Of a stretch of DNA of 64,000 nucleotides, positions 29,741-38,725 are shown in pieces. Under the pieces are notes generated by a model. The model was not told where the DNA came from. It saw only the letters and a program-made list of their open reading frames with translations, and made no database searches. Origin of the DNA: an uncultured bacterium (lineage in GTDB: Bacteria; Verrucomicrobiota; Lentisphaeria; Victivallales; UBA1829); contig CASEYW010000043.1 of NCBI GenBank assembly GCA_949292215.1, forward strand, positions 12,736-76,735, in the 5' to 3' direction. Position 1 is the stretch's first letter. The number at the start of each line of letters is the position of its first letter. The translations under genes and the position numbers were made by a program.

Positions 29741-31441
29741 TCAGGGAACGGCAAGCTTTTCCAGAACAGCCAGAACCAGGCGGCTTCCGAAGGAGTCCAA
29801 TTCGGGCTTCGACCAGTCCGGCATGGAAGAATCGTCGGAAAAAAGGAAGGGCATCAGAAGATACTGCGGAATCCATGCGCCAGTCATCCGGCCGCTGGCA
29901 TCCCGTTTCATAGCGGCAATGCAGAAACGCCCTGAAGCATTGTTCAGGTCAAATAATGGAATCACGGAAGCATCCCCCCTCCGGATAACAACATTGGAAA
30001 AGGGCTTGTTCCATCCGGCTGGAGTATTCGGATTCTCTTTAAACGCAAACGACTTCCGTCCGAAAAGCCCCGCCATCGGACCGACCGGGCAAACCGTCAT
30101 TGTACCAATCACCTCCTGATTCGCCCTGCCATAAACAGAGGAAACGGGAATTTCCCCGTTCTGTTTCCGTTCAAAAAAAGGAGCAAGACCTGTCAGATTC
30201 ATCTCCGAACGTCCGCCGATCACAATGACCTTTCCGCCCCGGGCAACATACGTCTTCAGCGCATTCACTGCAAATCCGGGGGCTCCGCCGTTCGAACAGA
30301 TCACAATAACCGGAATCCGTTCGGGGGACGGCACAATGCTCTTAAGACGGTACAGAGGAATTACCTCAACATTTTTTCCATTCTTCAGAAGAGTGCGTCC
30401 AAGCGAGCCGATGAGAAATTTGGATCCAAAACCGAGAAATGACTGATTCATCGCGTATGTCGCTTCACAGACGAGCCCAACGGTACCCGTTTTCCCGCCT
30501 CCGGTCTGGTCGAACAGACCCGCATAAACAGCATCCGTCCGCGGATCGCGCCGTTCCAGCTTCTCATTTCTGCGTCTCTCGTATTCCGGACGAATCGAAC
30601 GCATCTTTTCCGTTTTTGACAGCGCAGCAAACGCTTTCGGATCGAAATCAGATGGACTGAGATCCAGTTTTTCTCCGCCTCCGGCAAGACGCCACGCGGC
30701 ACAAATCACATTGACACCGCTCCTGGTCTGATATGCCGCGATATCCGCCATTGCCCCAAGCGCCGCATCAGAGGTGCTGCCGTCAGGATTGGCAAGCACC
30801 AGAAGATTCTCCCGGGCACACATGAAGGCGTTGCTGTCGATCTCCTCCAGCATCAGACAGATGACCGTTTCACGAAGATTCCCCTTCCCCGCATCAGGAC
30901 GGAATCCAGCAAGACGCTTCTTGATCATTCCGGCCAACACTTTGTTCCCCCGCATCATGGAAAGATCCAGATCCACACGCGGATACCGAATATGACGGTA
31001 GCGCGTATAGGTCAGATGATGAATCAACGGCGCATGATTAAACGCATTGGCATCGGCAATGCCGTGCATCAGAACTCCGGCAAAAAACGCCGCCGCATCA
31101 TACTGCTTCCCGCGGAAAGCACGGACCAGCAGAAAAAATGCCGCACCCTTTCCGGAATCATTGTGAAAGCTGTAACAGGTTTTCAGCCGGGATTCGTTCA
31201 GGAAACGGGCGGCATCAGGACCGATCAGGTTCAGAATCTCCGGTGCAATTTTCTTATGCGAGTCAGGGTAGTGGGACCAGTGGCTCTGAAACTTCTTTTT
31301 CGCAGCATCACTCCAGGTGGACACGATTTCCTGCGGTAGATATTGCAGTACCAATCCGGCGTGGTCTTCATGACCGCTGCCCCAGCCGAACAGAGAAAAC
31401 GCAGCGGTCAGAGTCAGAAAAACAACCATTGCTTTTTTCAT
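29741..31441 (-). CDS. secreted S1/P1-nuclease / zinc phospholipase C-fold protein with an uncharacterised C-terminal alpha/beta domain
   Basis: The signal peptide is followed by FGWGSGHEDHA, compare the WGxxGH mature N-terminus of S1/P1 nucleases. LMHGIADANAFNHAP is an H..D.....H zinc-ligand-like block. The C-terminal half (IPVIVICSNGGAPGF...ARGGKVIVIGG) looks like a flavodoxin/ThuA-like fold. Motif-level call only. Confidence 0.45.
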   Translation of the reverse strand: MKKAMVVFLTLTAAFSLFGWGSGHEDHAGLVLQYLPQEIVSTWSDAAKKKFQSHWSHYPDSHKKIAPEILNLIGPDAARFLNESRLKTCYSFHNDSGKGAAFFLLVRAFRGKQYDAAAFFAGVLMHGIADANAFNHAPLIHHLTYTRYRHIRYPRVDLDLSMMRGNKVLAGMIKKRLAGFRPDAGKGNLRETVICLMLEEIDSNAFMCARENLLVLANPDGSTSDAALGAMADIAAYQTRSGVNVICAAWRLAGGGEKLDLSPSDFDPKAFAALSKTEKMRSIRPEYERRRNEKLERRDPRTDAVYAGLFDQTGGGKTGTVGLVCEATYAMNQSFLGFGSKFLIGSLGRTLLKNGKNVEVIPLYRLKSIVPSPERIPVIVICSNGGAPGFAVNALKTYVARGGKVIVIGGRSEMNLTGLAPFFERKQNGEIPVSSVYGRANQEVIGTMTVCPVGPMAGLFGRKSFAFKENPNTPAGWNKPFSNVVIRRGDASVIPLFDLNNASGRFCIAAMKRDASGRMTGAWIPQYLLMPFLFSDDSSMPDWSKPELDSFGSRLVLAVLEKLAVP

Positions 31442-31462
31442 TTCCGTCTCCTTTCCAGTTTT

Positions 31463-32701
31463 TCAACGCAAGAGTTGCGGCTTTCCCCAGTAGGCGTGAT
31501 TCCGCCAGAAGCTGGAACCGTTGTTGGCATCAAGCACCTTCAGCGTGATGGTTGATGCGGAACCGAGTTCAACAGAGATTGCAGCAGCATCCATCTCCAT
31601 GGTCATGCGCCCGCTGGACCAGACAGTTTCTCCGTCCAGCAGGACCTGGAATTCCGCTGCCCCCCCGACCGCCAGAGTCGCGTGCATGCCGGCAAGCGCC
31701 GTAAAGCGTTTGAAAACCTGTCTGGGAAGAACCCAGGTCATGTAACAACTGCGCTCTCCGTTCATCCCGCTGTGAGGCAGCATTCCCAGTCCGGGAAAAG
31801 TTTCGGGCCGACCATTGACACGGAGCAGACCGGGAGTCACAGGCACATTGTTCGGAGGAACATTCCGATTGCCGTCAAGAACCGCCGCCCCGTAGACAAG
31901 ATCATGAAACTCCTCCACGGGCAGCAGACGCCGAAGATCCACAGGGGGAAGTTCACCGATCTCGCACCGAGCAATCCGAATTGCCGAATATATCGCGTTG
32001 GCGGTCAACTCCGCAGCGATTGTCACCGGTTCAGCGGCAAATGATTCCGCTTTTTTCAGATCGTTATCGAAGAGAGCCTGAATGGTCGGAATGATGAATC
32101 TCCGGCAATACACAACAGCATTCTGTGCATCGGACGCTGTTTTCCATGCGACCTCGGCTTCGGATGCGCCGAGCAGACGCGGAGGAGGAAGCGGTCCGCA
32201 CTCCCCGTTGACCGCTTCCACCGAAGTATGATAGTGAAACGCCTTGAGGTGCGGACGACCCGGAGGCACGGGAAGCATCTGGCTCAGAAAGACATTGCTG
32301 GAGTCCGGCCCGATGTGTGCCGGTTGAGTCGCATCGCCCATGGCATGACTCAGGCAGCCGGAAAACTTGATGAAGTCGGAATATTTTTTCTCCCGGAAGG
32401 AAACTGTCATCCGTTTCAAAAGATAGGTATAAATTCCGATCCGCTTCCATTGTTCGGAAGGTGGCGCCGGGAAAAAATGAAGCATCGGGGCTTCCAGTTC
32501 TTCCGGATAGACGGTATATGTTTCCCAATCGGGATCAATCGCTCTTTTCTGTTCAACGGGACGGGTTGGATCATCAAAATAATCCGGATAGTTTCCGACA
32601 TTGCCGACAAGCTCCAGCGGCAGATTCAGAGTCCGCCGCATCTCCTCCGGCAGAGAGAGATAGGCGCCGATCATGATCTTCGGGTGAGAAAGACCGTTCA
32701 T
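31463..32701 (-). CDS. S1/P1-nuclease / PLC-fold protein fused to an NPCBM-like carbohydrate-binding module
   Basis: CLSHAMGDATQPAHIG matches the HxxGDxxQPxH zinc motif of S1/P1 nucleases. The C-terminal ~130 aa (FTALAGMHATLAVGGAAEFQVLLDGETVWSSGRMT...ITLKVLDANNGSSFWRNHAYWGKPQLL) resembles NPCBM. No signal peptide is evident. Confidence 0.45.
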   Translation of the reverse strand: MNGLSHPKIMIGAYLSLPEEMRRTLNLPLELVGNVGNYPDYFDDPTRPVEQKRAIDPDWETYTVYPEELEAPMLHFFPAPPSEQWKRIGIYTYLLKRMTVSFREKKYSDFIKFSGCLSHAMGDATQPAHIGPDSSNVFLSQMLPVPPGRPHLKAFHYHTSVEAVNGECGPLPPPRLLGASEAEVAWKTASDAQNAVVYCRRFIIPTIQALFDNDLKKAESFAAEPVTIAAELTANAIYSAIRIARCEIGELPPVDLRRLLPVEEFHDLVYGAAVLDGNRNVPPNNVPVTPGLLRVNGRPETFPGLGMLPHSGMNGERSCYMTWVLPRQVFKRFTALAGMHATLAVGGAAEFQVLLDGETVWSSGRMTMEMDAAAISVELGSASTITLKVLDANNGSSFWRNHAYWGKPQLLR

Positions 32702-33372
32702 GGCAAAAGCTCCTTGAGTTTTGAGATTGAGGAAATCAGGGTCATGCCTTCCATGACTTTGCCGTCGTTGCTGCCATTGCGGTTCAGGAGAAAACAGCTC
32801 CGGATTCCCTCGGATAACGGAAGAAGACAGTCATCATTGAAATCGTCGCCGAGTGTACAAAGCGTTTCCTTCCGGCATTGAGTCAAAGGAATCACTTTCC
32901 GCCAGAAAACCGGATCAGCCTTCATTGCCTGCATCTGAGTTGCTCCGAGAAACGATGTGAAAATCGTTTCAGGCTCATGAAATCCGGCGAGTCTCAGCTT
33001 GTGGAGAATCCCGTCCAGCGGATTGTTGCTGGTAATGAAAAAACCGGCACCGCGACGTTTCAATTCGGCAAAGGTCCCATACAGATCCGGTTCCGCCGGC
33101 TGAAGATATCCGGACTCAAACTCATAGGCATAGTCCCAGAAAAGTACGGGATCAATCTCCAGCAGCTCCAGAAACGTCCACCAGCTCCACCAGGGAACTG
33201 TTTTTCTTACGAAGTCGATTTTTGCATTCACAGACTCCAAAGCCATCTTTTTTTCCTCGACTGCGTATTTCCGGATCACGTTGATCACTCCGGAAGTGGA
33301 GCGGGGCACCTGGGCCTCCGGCTTGAAAGTCAGAAGCGTATTGTCGATATCCGTCAGGAAATTCCGGTTCAT
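32698..33372 (-). CDS. HAD-superfamily hydrolase (phosphatase-like)
   Basis: Motif I is FLTDIDNTLL (DxDxT). Motif IV-like is LGDDFNDD. The stop overlaps the downstream gene start by 4 nt. Confidence 0.7.
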   Translation of the reverse strand: MNRNFLTDIDNTLLTFKPEAQVPRSTSGVINVIRKYAVEEKKMALESVNAKIDFVRKTVPWWSWWTFLELLEIDPVLFWDYAYEFESGYLQPAEPDLYGTFAELKRRGAGFFITSNNPLDGILHKLRLAGFHEPETIFTSFLGATQMQAMKADPVFWRKVIPLTQCRKETLCTLGDDFNDDCLLPLSEGIRSCFLLNRNGSNDGKVMEGMTLISSISKLKELLP

Positions 33373-33612
33373 TTTCTGTCTCCTGTTTGTTCCGGTGTTT
33401 CATTTTAAATGCCAACCCCTTCCCTGTCAAGAAGCCGGAAGGGAGGAATGCTGGAAAAACAGGGAAAAAAACAAAAATCCAGACAAAGTGTTATAAAAAA
33501 AATAACACTTTCAGGATCTCATGCTTAATTTGCGCTGCCAGATTGAAAAAAAGGAAAACGATGTTATGTTTATCCGAATTCAAAGGAAAGGAAGCGGAAG
33601 CACCGGAGCGGT

Positions 33613-34443
33613 ATGGACAGGGAATCGGAAGAACACATTCTGATCATTGAAGCTGGACGGACTCACTCCCGGTATCTGCGGGATCTCTGGCTGTACCGGG
33701 AGTTGTTTCTGATTCTGGCATGGAGGGATATTATTGTCCGGTACAAACAGACGGTGATCGGAATTACATGGAGCATTATCCGTCCGCTTCTGGGAATGAT
33801 TATCTTCACGGCAGTATTCAGCAAAATAGCAAACTTGCCATCGGATGACGTACCATATCCGTTGACAGTATATGCGGCAATGCTGATCTGGCAGTTTTTC
33901 AGCAATACGGTATCAATCGGAAGCGAGTCGCTCCTGAACAATTCGAATTTGATCTCGAAGGTCTATTTTCCGCGCCTGATCATCCCGTCGACAAGCATGA
34001 CGGTGAGTCTGACGGACTTTCTGATTTCGGCATTGGTATTCCTGCCGCTTTTTTTCTATTACCGGGTTCTTCCAGACTGGAAGGTCGTATTTCTGCCGCT
34101 GTTTCTTTTTCTGACGGTTATTGTTTCCCTCGGAGTGACTTATATCATTTCGGCACTGAATGTCAAATTCCGGGATTTCCGCTTCGCCGTCCCGTTTGCG
34201 ATGCAGGTGGGGATGTACCTTTCTCCGGTTGGATTCATCAGTTCGGTTGTTCCGGGGAACTGGCGTCTGCTGTTCAGTTTGAATCCGCTGACGGGAATCA
34301 TTGACGGAGTGCGATGGTCGCTGTTCGGAACGCCGCTGTATCTGCCGTCGGTAATGATATCCGCGGCAGTCTCACTGCTGCTTCTTTTGAGCGGGTATTT
34401 TATCTTTCGTTCCATGGAACGGGAATTTGCGGATGTGATCTGA
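33613..34443 (+). CDS. wzm: ABC-2 type polysaccharide export permease (Wzm/TagG-like)
   Basis: LWLYRELFLILAWRDIIVRYKQTVIGITWSIIRPLL is the hallmark ABC-2 N-terminal block. There are about 6 TM segments. The stop overlaps the wzt start (TGATG). Confidence 0.85.
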   Translation: MDRESEEHILIIEAGRTHSRYLRDLWLYRELFLILAWRDIIVRYKQTVIGITWSIIRPLLGMIIFTAVFSKIANLPSDDVPYPLTVYAAMLIWQFFSNTVSIGSESLLNNSNLISKVYFPRLIIPSTSMTVSLTDFLISALVFLPLFFYYRVLPDWKVVFLPLFLFLTVIVSLGVTYIISALNVKFRDFRFAVPFAMQVGMYLSPVGFISSVVPGNWRLLFSLNPLTGIIDGVRWSLFGTPLYLPSVMISAAVSLLLLLSGYFIFRSMEREFADVI

Positions 34444-35684
34444 TGAGTAAACCGATTATTACAGTGGAACATCTGAGCAAGTATTACCAGATCAGCCACC
34501 GGAGGCGCGGCGTAGATACGTTTGTCGAATCGGCCACCGCATTCGGGAAAGGATTGATCGAGCGGCTCCGCCATCCGTTCAGTCCGAACCGCGTGCATAT
34601 GGATCTGGAAGAATTTCACGCGCTGGATGATGTTTCCTTTGAAGTCGAACCCGGGGACAGGGTTGGCATCATTGGTCGCAACGGAGCGGGAAAATCGACA
34701 CTTCTGAAACTTCTCAGCCGAATCACGGAACCGACCAAAGGGCGCATCATCATGCGCGGACGCGTGGCAAGTCTTCTGGAAGTCGGAACAGGGTTTCATC
34801 CGGAATTGAGCGGGCGGGAAAACATTTATCTGAACGGAGCAATTCTGGGGATGAAGCGATCCGAAGTCAAAGCCAAATTCGACGAGATTGTGGAGTTCTC
34901 CGGAGTGGAAAAATTTCTGGATACGCCGGTCAAACGGTATTCGAGCGGAATGTATGTCCGGCTGGCATTTGCGGTTGCTGCGCATCTGGAGCCGGAGATT
35001 CTTCTGATCGATGAAGTGCTCGCCGTCGGAGATTCCGAATTCCAGAAAAAATGCGTCGGGAAGATGGGCGATATTGCAGAAAAGGAAGGCAGAACCATCC
35101 TCTTCATCAGCCATAACATGGGATTAATCAAACAGTTGTGCAACAAGGGGATTTTACTGGATCAAGGACAGAAAATCATGGAAGCGGAAGCATCTCCCGT
35201 AATTGATTGTTACGAGCTTCTCAGGAGAAACAATCAAGGGTTTATCCCGGTCGGGCAACGTAAGGACCGCTCCGGCAATGGCGAGGTCCGCATTACCAAT
35301 ATTGAATTGAATGAACCGGATATTGATCAGAACATACAAATGACAATCCGCTATGAATCCAATTCACCGCTGACACATCCCAGATTGGCCGTGAGCATCA
35401 ATAAATATTGCCAAACAATCATTTTCATGGATTCCAACCTGATTGATCATTTTCCAACAGAACTGCCGTGTCGGGGAACAATTCATATTGCCCTTCCGGA
35501 CGATTTTTTCCTTCCACCCGGTTTTTATGACATAAATATTGCTTTTTTCATAGAAGGAGCGTTGGGAGATTATATCCAGAACGCATACAGTTTCGAAACA
35601 AAAACATGCCCTGGATACGGACAGCGAATGCCTTTGGCGGAAGGATTCTGCTTCCCTAAACAAAAATGGACATTTGAATTATGA
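34443..35684 (+). CDS. wzt: polysaccharide export ABC ATPase with C-terminal substrate-binding-like extension (Wzt-like)
   Basis: The start was set at MSKPIITVEHLSKYY. Walker A is GRNGAGKST, the signature is YSSGM, and Walker B is ILLIDE. The ~160-aa tail begins ...RSGNGEVRITNIEL, as in Wzt C-terminal beta-sandwich domains. Confidence 0.85.
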   Translation: MSKPIITVEHLSKYYQISHRRRGVDTFVESATAFGKGLIERLRHPFSPNRVHMDLEEFHALDDVSFEVEPGDRVGIIGRNGAGKSTLLKLLSRITEPTKGRIIMRGRVASLLEVGTGFHPELSGRENIYLNGAILGMKRSEVKAKFDEIVEFSGVEKFLDTPVKRYSSGMYVRLAFAVAAHLEPEILLIDEVLAVGDSEFQKKCVGKMGDIAEKEGRTILFISHNMGLIKQLCNKGILLDQGQKIMEAEASPVIDCYELLRRNNQGFIPVGQRKDRSGNGEVRITNIELNEPDIDQNIQMTIRYESNSPLTHPRLAVSINKYCQTIIFMDSNLIDHFPTELPCRGTIHIALPDDFFLPPGFYDINIAFFIEGALGDYIQNAYSFETKTCPGYGQRMPLAEGFCFPKQKWTFEL

Positions 35685-37027
35685 ACATAGAAAATGATGA
35701 CAATCAGCCGGAATTCATCAGTTCAGGAACAGATCCTGTCGGAAAAGTTTTTCAATATCAATCAAAAATCTACAGGCAGATCAACAGCGAATACAAAAAT
35801 TCCATATTGGAATTCCTTCATTCCGATTTATATTCCGTTCTCCTGCAAAAAAAATTCATTCTCCCGGCAACGATAGCAACGGATCTTCCCTTCAAGAAAG
35901 ATTCTCTCATTCTTGAACACCCGAAACTTCCCTGCCCCGTCCAGCCCTATGAATGGACCTTCCATATGTTGCAGGATGCCTGCATCACTCTGTTGAATCT
36001 TTTTTTGATCTGCCGAGAACATGGGTATACCCTGAAAGATGGACACCCCTGGAACATTTCCTTCTACTATACACACCCGGTTTTTCTTGACTTCGGCAGT
36101 TTCAAAAAAAGAACAGAACAGGATGAGGAAAGTTTTCAGCAGGAATTCATATCCTCCTTCTATTTCCCGTTGAAAATGTGGAGCCAGAACGAGTTCTACT
36201 TTGCCCATAGAATGTTAAGCGATGATTATTATCCGAGATTCGATTTTTATAATCAGCCTTTCCAGAAGTACAACCGTTATCTATGGAAGGAATATTGCGT
36301 CTATGCGGCAAAACACCACCTCAACGCCCTTGCAGAAAAAACAATCAAAAAAAGGATCTTTCATGATGAATACTCCCTGCCCTCTCTACTGAAGAAAATC
36401 AGGAAAATGAAAATCAATTCCACCTCTTCCTGGAAGCATTATCATGATGGAATATTAAATGACCAATCCACGGTTTCCCGTTATACCAGCCTCCTGGAAC
36501 TCCTGAAAAAATATGATATTGACTCCATGATCGACCTTGCAGGAAACCAGGGCGCATTTTCCCTCTTTGCATTGCAGCACTCTAAAATACATTCGTCCAT
36601 TTGCACAGATTATGATGAAGGAGCTTTGGATGTATTATACTGTTCAACGCGAACAGAAAACAATCCCATCCATATCACTCCTGTTCTGATGAATGTATTG
36701 TTCCCCATTCATGCAAGCAATCCGGCAGAACGACCGAAAACAGCAGATGTTGCCGTTGCATTGGCCCTGACTCATCATCTGATTCTGACCCAAAAACATT
36801 CCATTGATTTGATCTTTTCCCGCATAGGGGCTTATACCAGGAAATATGTCCTGATCGAGTTCATGCCCCTTGGATTGTGGGACGGTTTGCATCCGGCCCC
36901 ACCCCTACCTGAGTGGTACACTCGAAACTGGTTCCGAACCAATTTTCAAAATCATTTTGATTTATTGGAGGAACAGGAAATCTGCACAAACCGAATCGCG
37001 TTTCTTGGAAAAATAAAACAAACATAA
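35681..37027 (+). CDS. two-domain protein: kinase-like N-terminal region plus class I SAM-methyltransferase-like C-terminal region
   Basis: The N-terminal half has LKDGHPWNISF...VFLDFGSF (a D-x-H-P-x-N catalytic-loop-like block plus DFG-like). The C-terminal half has MIDLAGNQGAF (a glycine-rich motif I-like block) and VAVALALTHHL. The start overlaps the wzt stop (ATGA). Function inferred. Confidence 0.5.
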   Translation: MNIENDDNQPEFISSGTDPVGKVFQYQSKIYRQINSEYKNSILEFLHSDLYSVLLQKKFILPATIATDLPFKKDSLILEHPKLPCPVQPYEWTFHMLQDACITLLNLFLICREHGYTLKDGHPWNISFYYTHPVFLDFGSFKKRTEQDEESFQQEFISSFYFPLKMWSQNEFYFAHRMLSDDYYPRFDFYNQPFQKYNRYLWKEYCVYAAKHHLNALAEKTIKKRIFHDEYSLPSLLKKIRKMKINSTSSWKHYHDGILNDQSTVSRYTSLLELLKKYDIDSMIDLAGNQGAFSLFALQHSKIHSSICTDYDEGALDVLYCSTRTENNPIHITPVLMNVLFPIHASNPAERPKTADVAVALALTHHLILTQKHSIDLIFSRIGAYTRKYVLIEFMPLGLWDGLHPAPPLPEWYTRNWFRTNFQNHFDLLEEQEICTNRIAFLGKIKQT

Positions 37028-37045
37028 CACCAAAGATGATGAAAA

Positions 37046-37750
37046 ATGCAGCTCTCGTTTCATAAACAAATTATTAAACTGTTGCGCTATCTTCTCTATG
37101 CGCCTCTGAATTGGCTCCGCTATCTCTTGCGCATGGATTCCACGGTTCCGGTTTCCAGACTGTTTGGATTTGACAGAGGGACTTCCATCGACCGTTATTA
37201 TATTGAGCAGTTTCTGAAAAAACATGCCGCGCGCATTCATGGAGATGTTTTGGAAATTGCGGAGAATACCTATACCATGCGCTATGGCACAAATCCGGTG
37301 AGCCATGTACTTCATGCCGTAGAGGGAAATCCGAATGCAACATTTGTCGGAAATCTTGAAACCGGAGAGAATATTCCGCAAAACGCCTATGACTGCATGA
37401 TTTTAACACAAACCCTTCCTTTTATTTATGATACCAGAGCTGTAATCAGAAATTGCTATCAGGCTTTGAAAAAAGGTGGAACCATTCTGATCACGGTTCC
37501 CTGCATTTCCCAGATCAGCCGCTATGACATGGATCGCTGGGGAGATTACTGGCGCTTTACAGACATGGGACTGCGACGCCTCTTCGAGGAAACGTTCGAC
37601 CCCAAAAAAATTTCCACGGAAATTTTCGGGAATGTCTACGCGGCAAAAGCATTCTTATATGGGGTGGCATGTGAGGATGTCAATCTCAAACTTCTGCAGC
37701 CAGTTGATCCGGACTACCAGCTGATAATCTGTTTAATTGCGGAGAAATGA
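37046..37750 (+). CDS. class I SAM-dependent methyltransferase
   Basis: GDVLEIAEN..., YDCMILTQTLPFIYD and LKKGGTILITVP are typical of the Methyltransf_11/23-like fold. Confidence 0.7.
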   Translation: MQLSFHKQIIKLLRYLLYAPLNWLRYLLRMDSTVPVSRLFGFDRGTSIDRYYIEQFLKKHAARIHGDVLEIAENTYTMRYGTNPVSHVLHAVEGNPNATFVGNLETGENIPQNAYDCMILTQTLPFIYDTRAVIRNCYQALKKGGTILITVPCISQISRYDMDRWGDYWRFTDMGLRRLFEETFDPKKISTEIFGNVYAAKAFLYGVACEDVNLKLLQPVDPDYQLIICLIAEK

Positions 37751-37753
37751 ATC

Positions 37754-38725
37754 ATGCTGAAAGACCGTTTGATCCGGAAGACTGTTTCCTGCTTTCCCGC
37801 GACAGAAAAGATGTTCCGGGAACTGCACCGCCTCAAAATGAAATGGAACTTCCGCAGACATTCCAGGGGAGTTATCCTGCTGTATCATCGGGTATCTGAT
37901 CCTTCCGGCGGAGATCCCCAACTGCTTTGTGTCTCTCCGGAAAATTTCCGGAATCATCTGAAATTTCTGTCTGAACATTTTATTCCCACTCCTGTTTCGG
38001 AACTTCTGGCCGCTCCCGGCAGCAGCCATCGGATCGCTATCACCTTTGATGACGGATATCGGGACAACCTTACCAATGCAGCACCGATTCTGGAAGAATT
38101 CAACTTTCCCGCAGAATTTTTTGTGGCAACCGCGGGCTTGGAACAGAAATACGAGTTCTACTGGGATCTTCTGGAGCAATTTTTCCCTCTGGGAAACGAC
38201 TGGAATGTTGAGCTTGAACCGCAGACGGAAAATCAGAAGCGCTATCTGCGGGAATGTTCCATTTTCCACAATCTGAATGTTTCAGGACGGGAAAAACGAA
38301 TGGAACAACTCGCAGCAGAACTGAACAGAGAAACCGTACTGAGAGATAAAAAACGATTCCTGACCCCGGAAGAACTCTCTTCTCTTGCAAAAAAGAAAAA
38401 TATCACAATCGGTGCACATACGAACAACCACGTCTCGCTGGCTCACCTCTCCGAAGAAGAAGCTCGCAGGGAAATCATGGATAGTAAACGGATTCTGGAA
38501 CAGCTTCTTGAGCGAAACATCTGCTCGTTCTCCTATCCATTCGGAACTCTGGCAGATTTTTCCTCCCGGGAAAAACGTCTGCTGGAAGAAGCTGGATTTT
38601 CCTATGGAATCGCCAACTATGAATCGCCAGTCCTGAAAAAGACCCGGTATGATGTTCCACGTTTTCTGGTACGCAACTGGTCGGTTGAAGTGTTTGCGGA
38701 AAAAATAAAGGACGTTCTGCCATGA
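37754..38725 (+). CDS. polysaccharide deacetylase (NodB-homology) family protein
   Basis: RIAITFDDGYRDN (the DD motif) and GAHTNNHVSL (H-x-x-x-x-H). Confidence 0.8.
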   Translation: MLKDRLIRKTVSCFPATEKMFRELHRLKMKWNFRRHSRGVILLYHRVSDPSGGDPQLLCVSPENFRNHLKFLSEHFIPTPVSELLAAPGSSHRIAITFDDGYRDNLTNAAPILEEFNFPAEFFVATAGLEQKYEFYWDLLEQFFPLGNDWNVELEPQTENQKRYLRECSIFHNLNVSGREKRMEQLAAELNRETVLRDKKRFLTPEELSSLAKKKNITIGAHTNNHVSLAHLSEEEARREIMDSKRILEQLLERNICSFSYPFGTLADFSSREKRLLEEAGFSYGIANYESPVLKKTRYDVPRFLVRNWSVEVFAEKIKDVLP

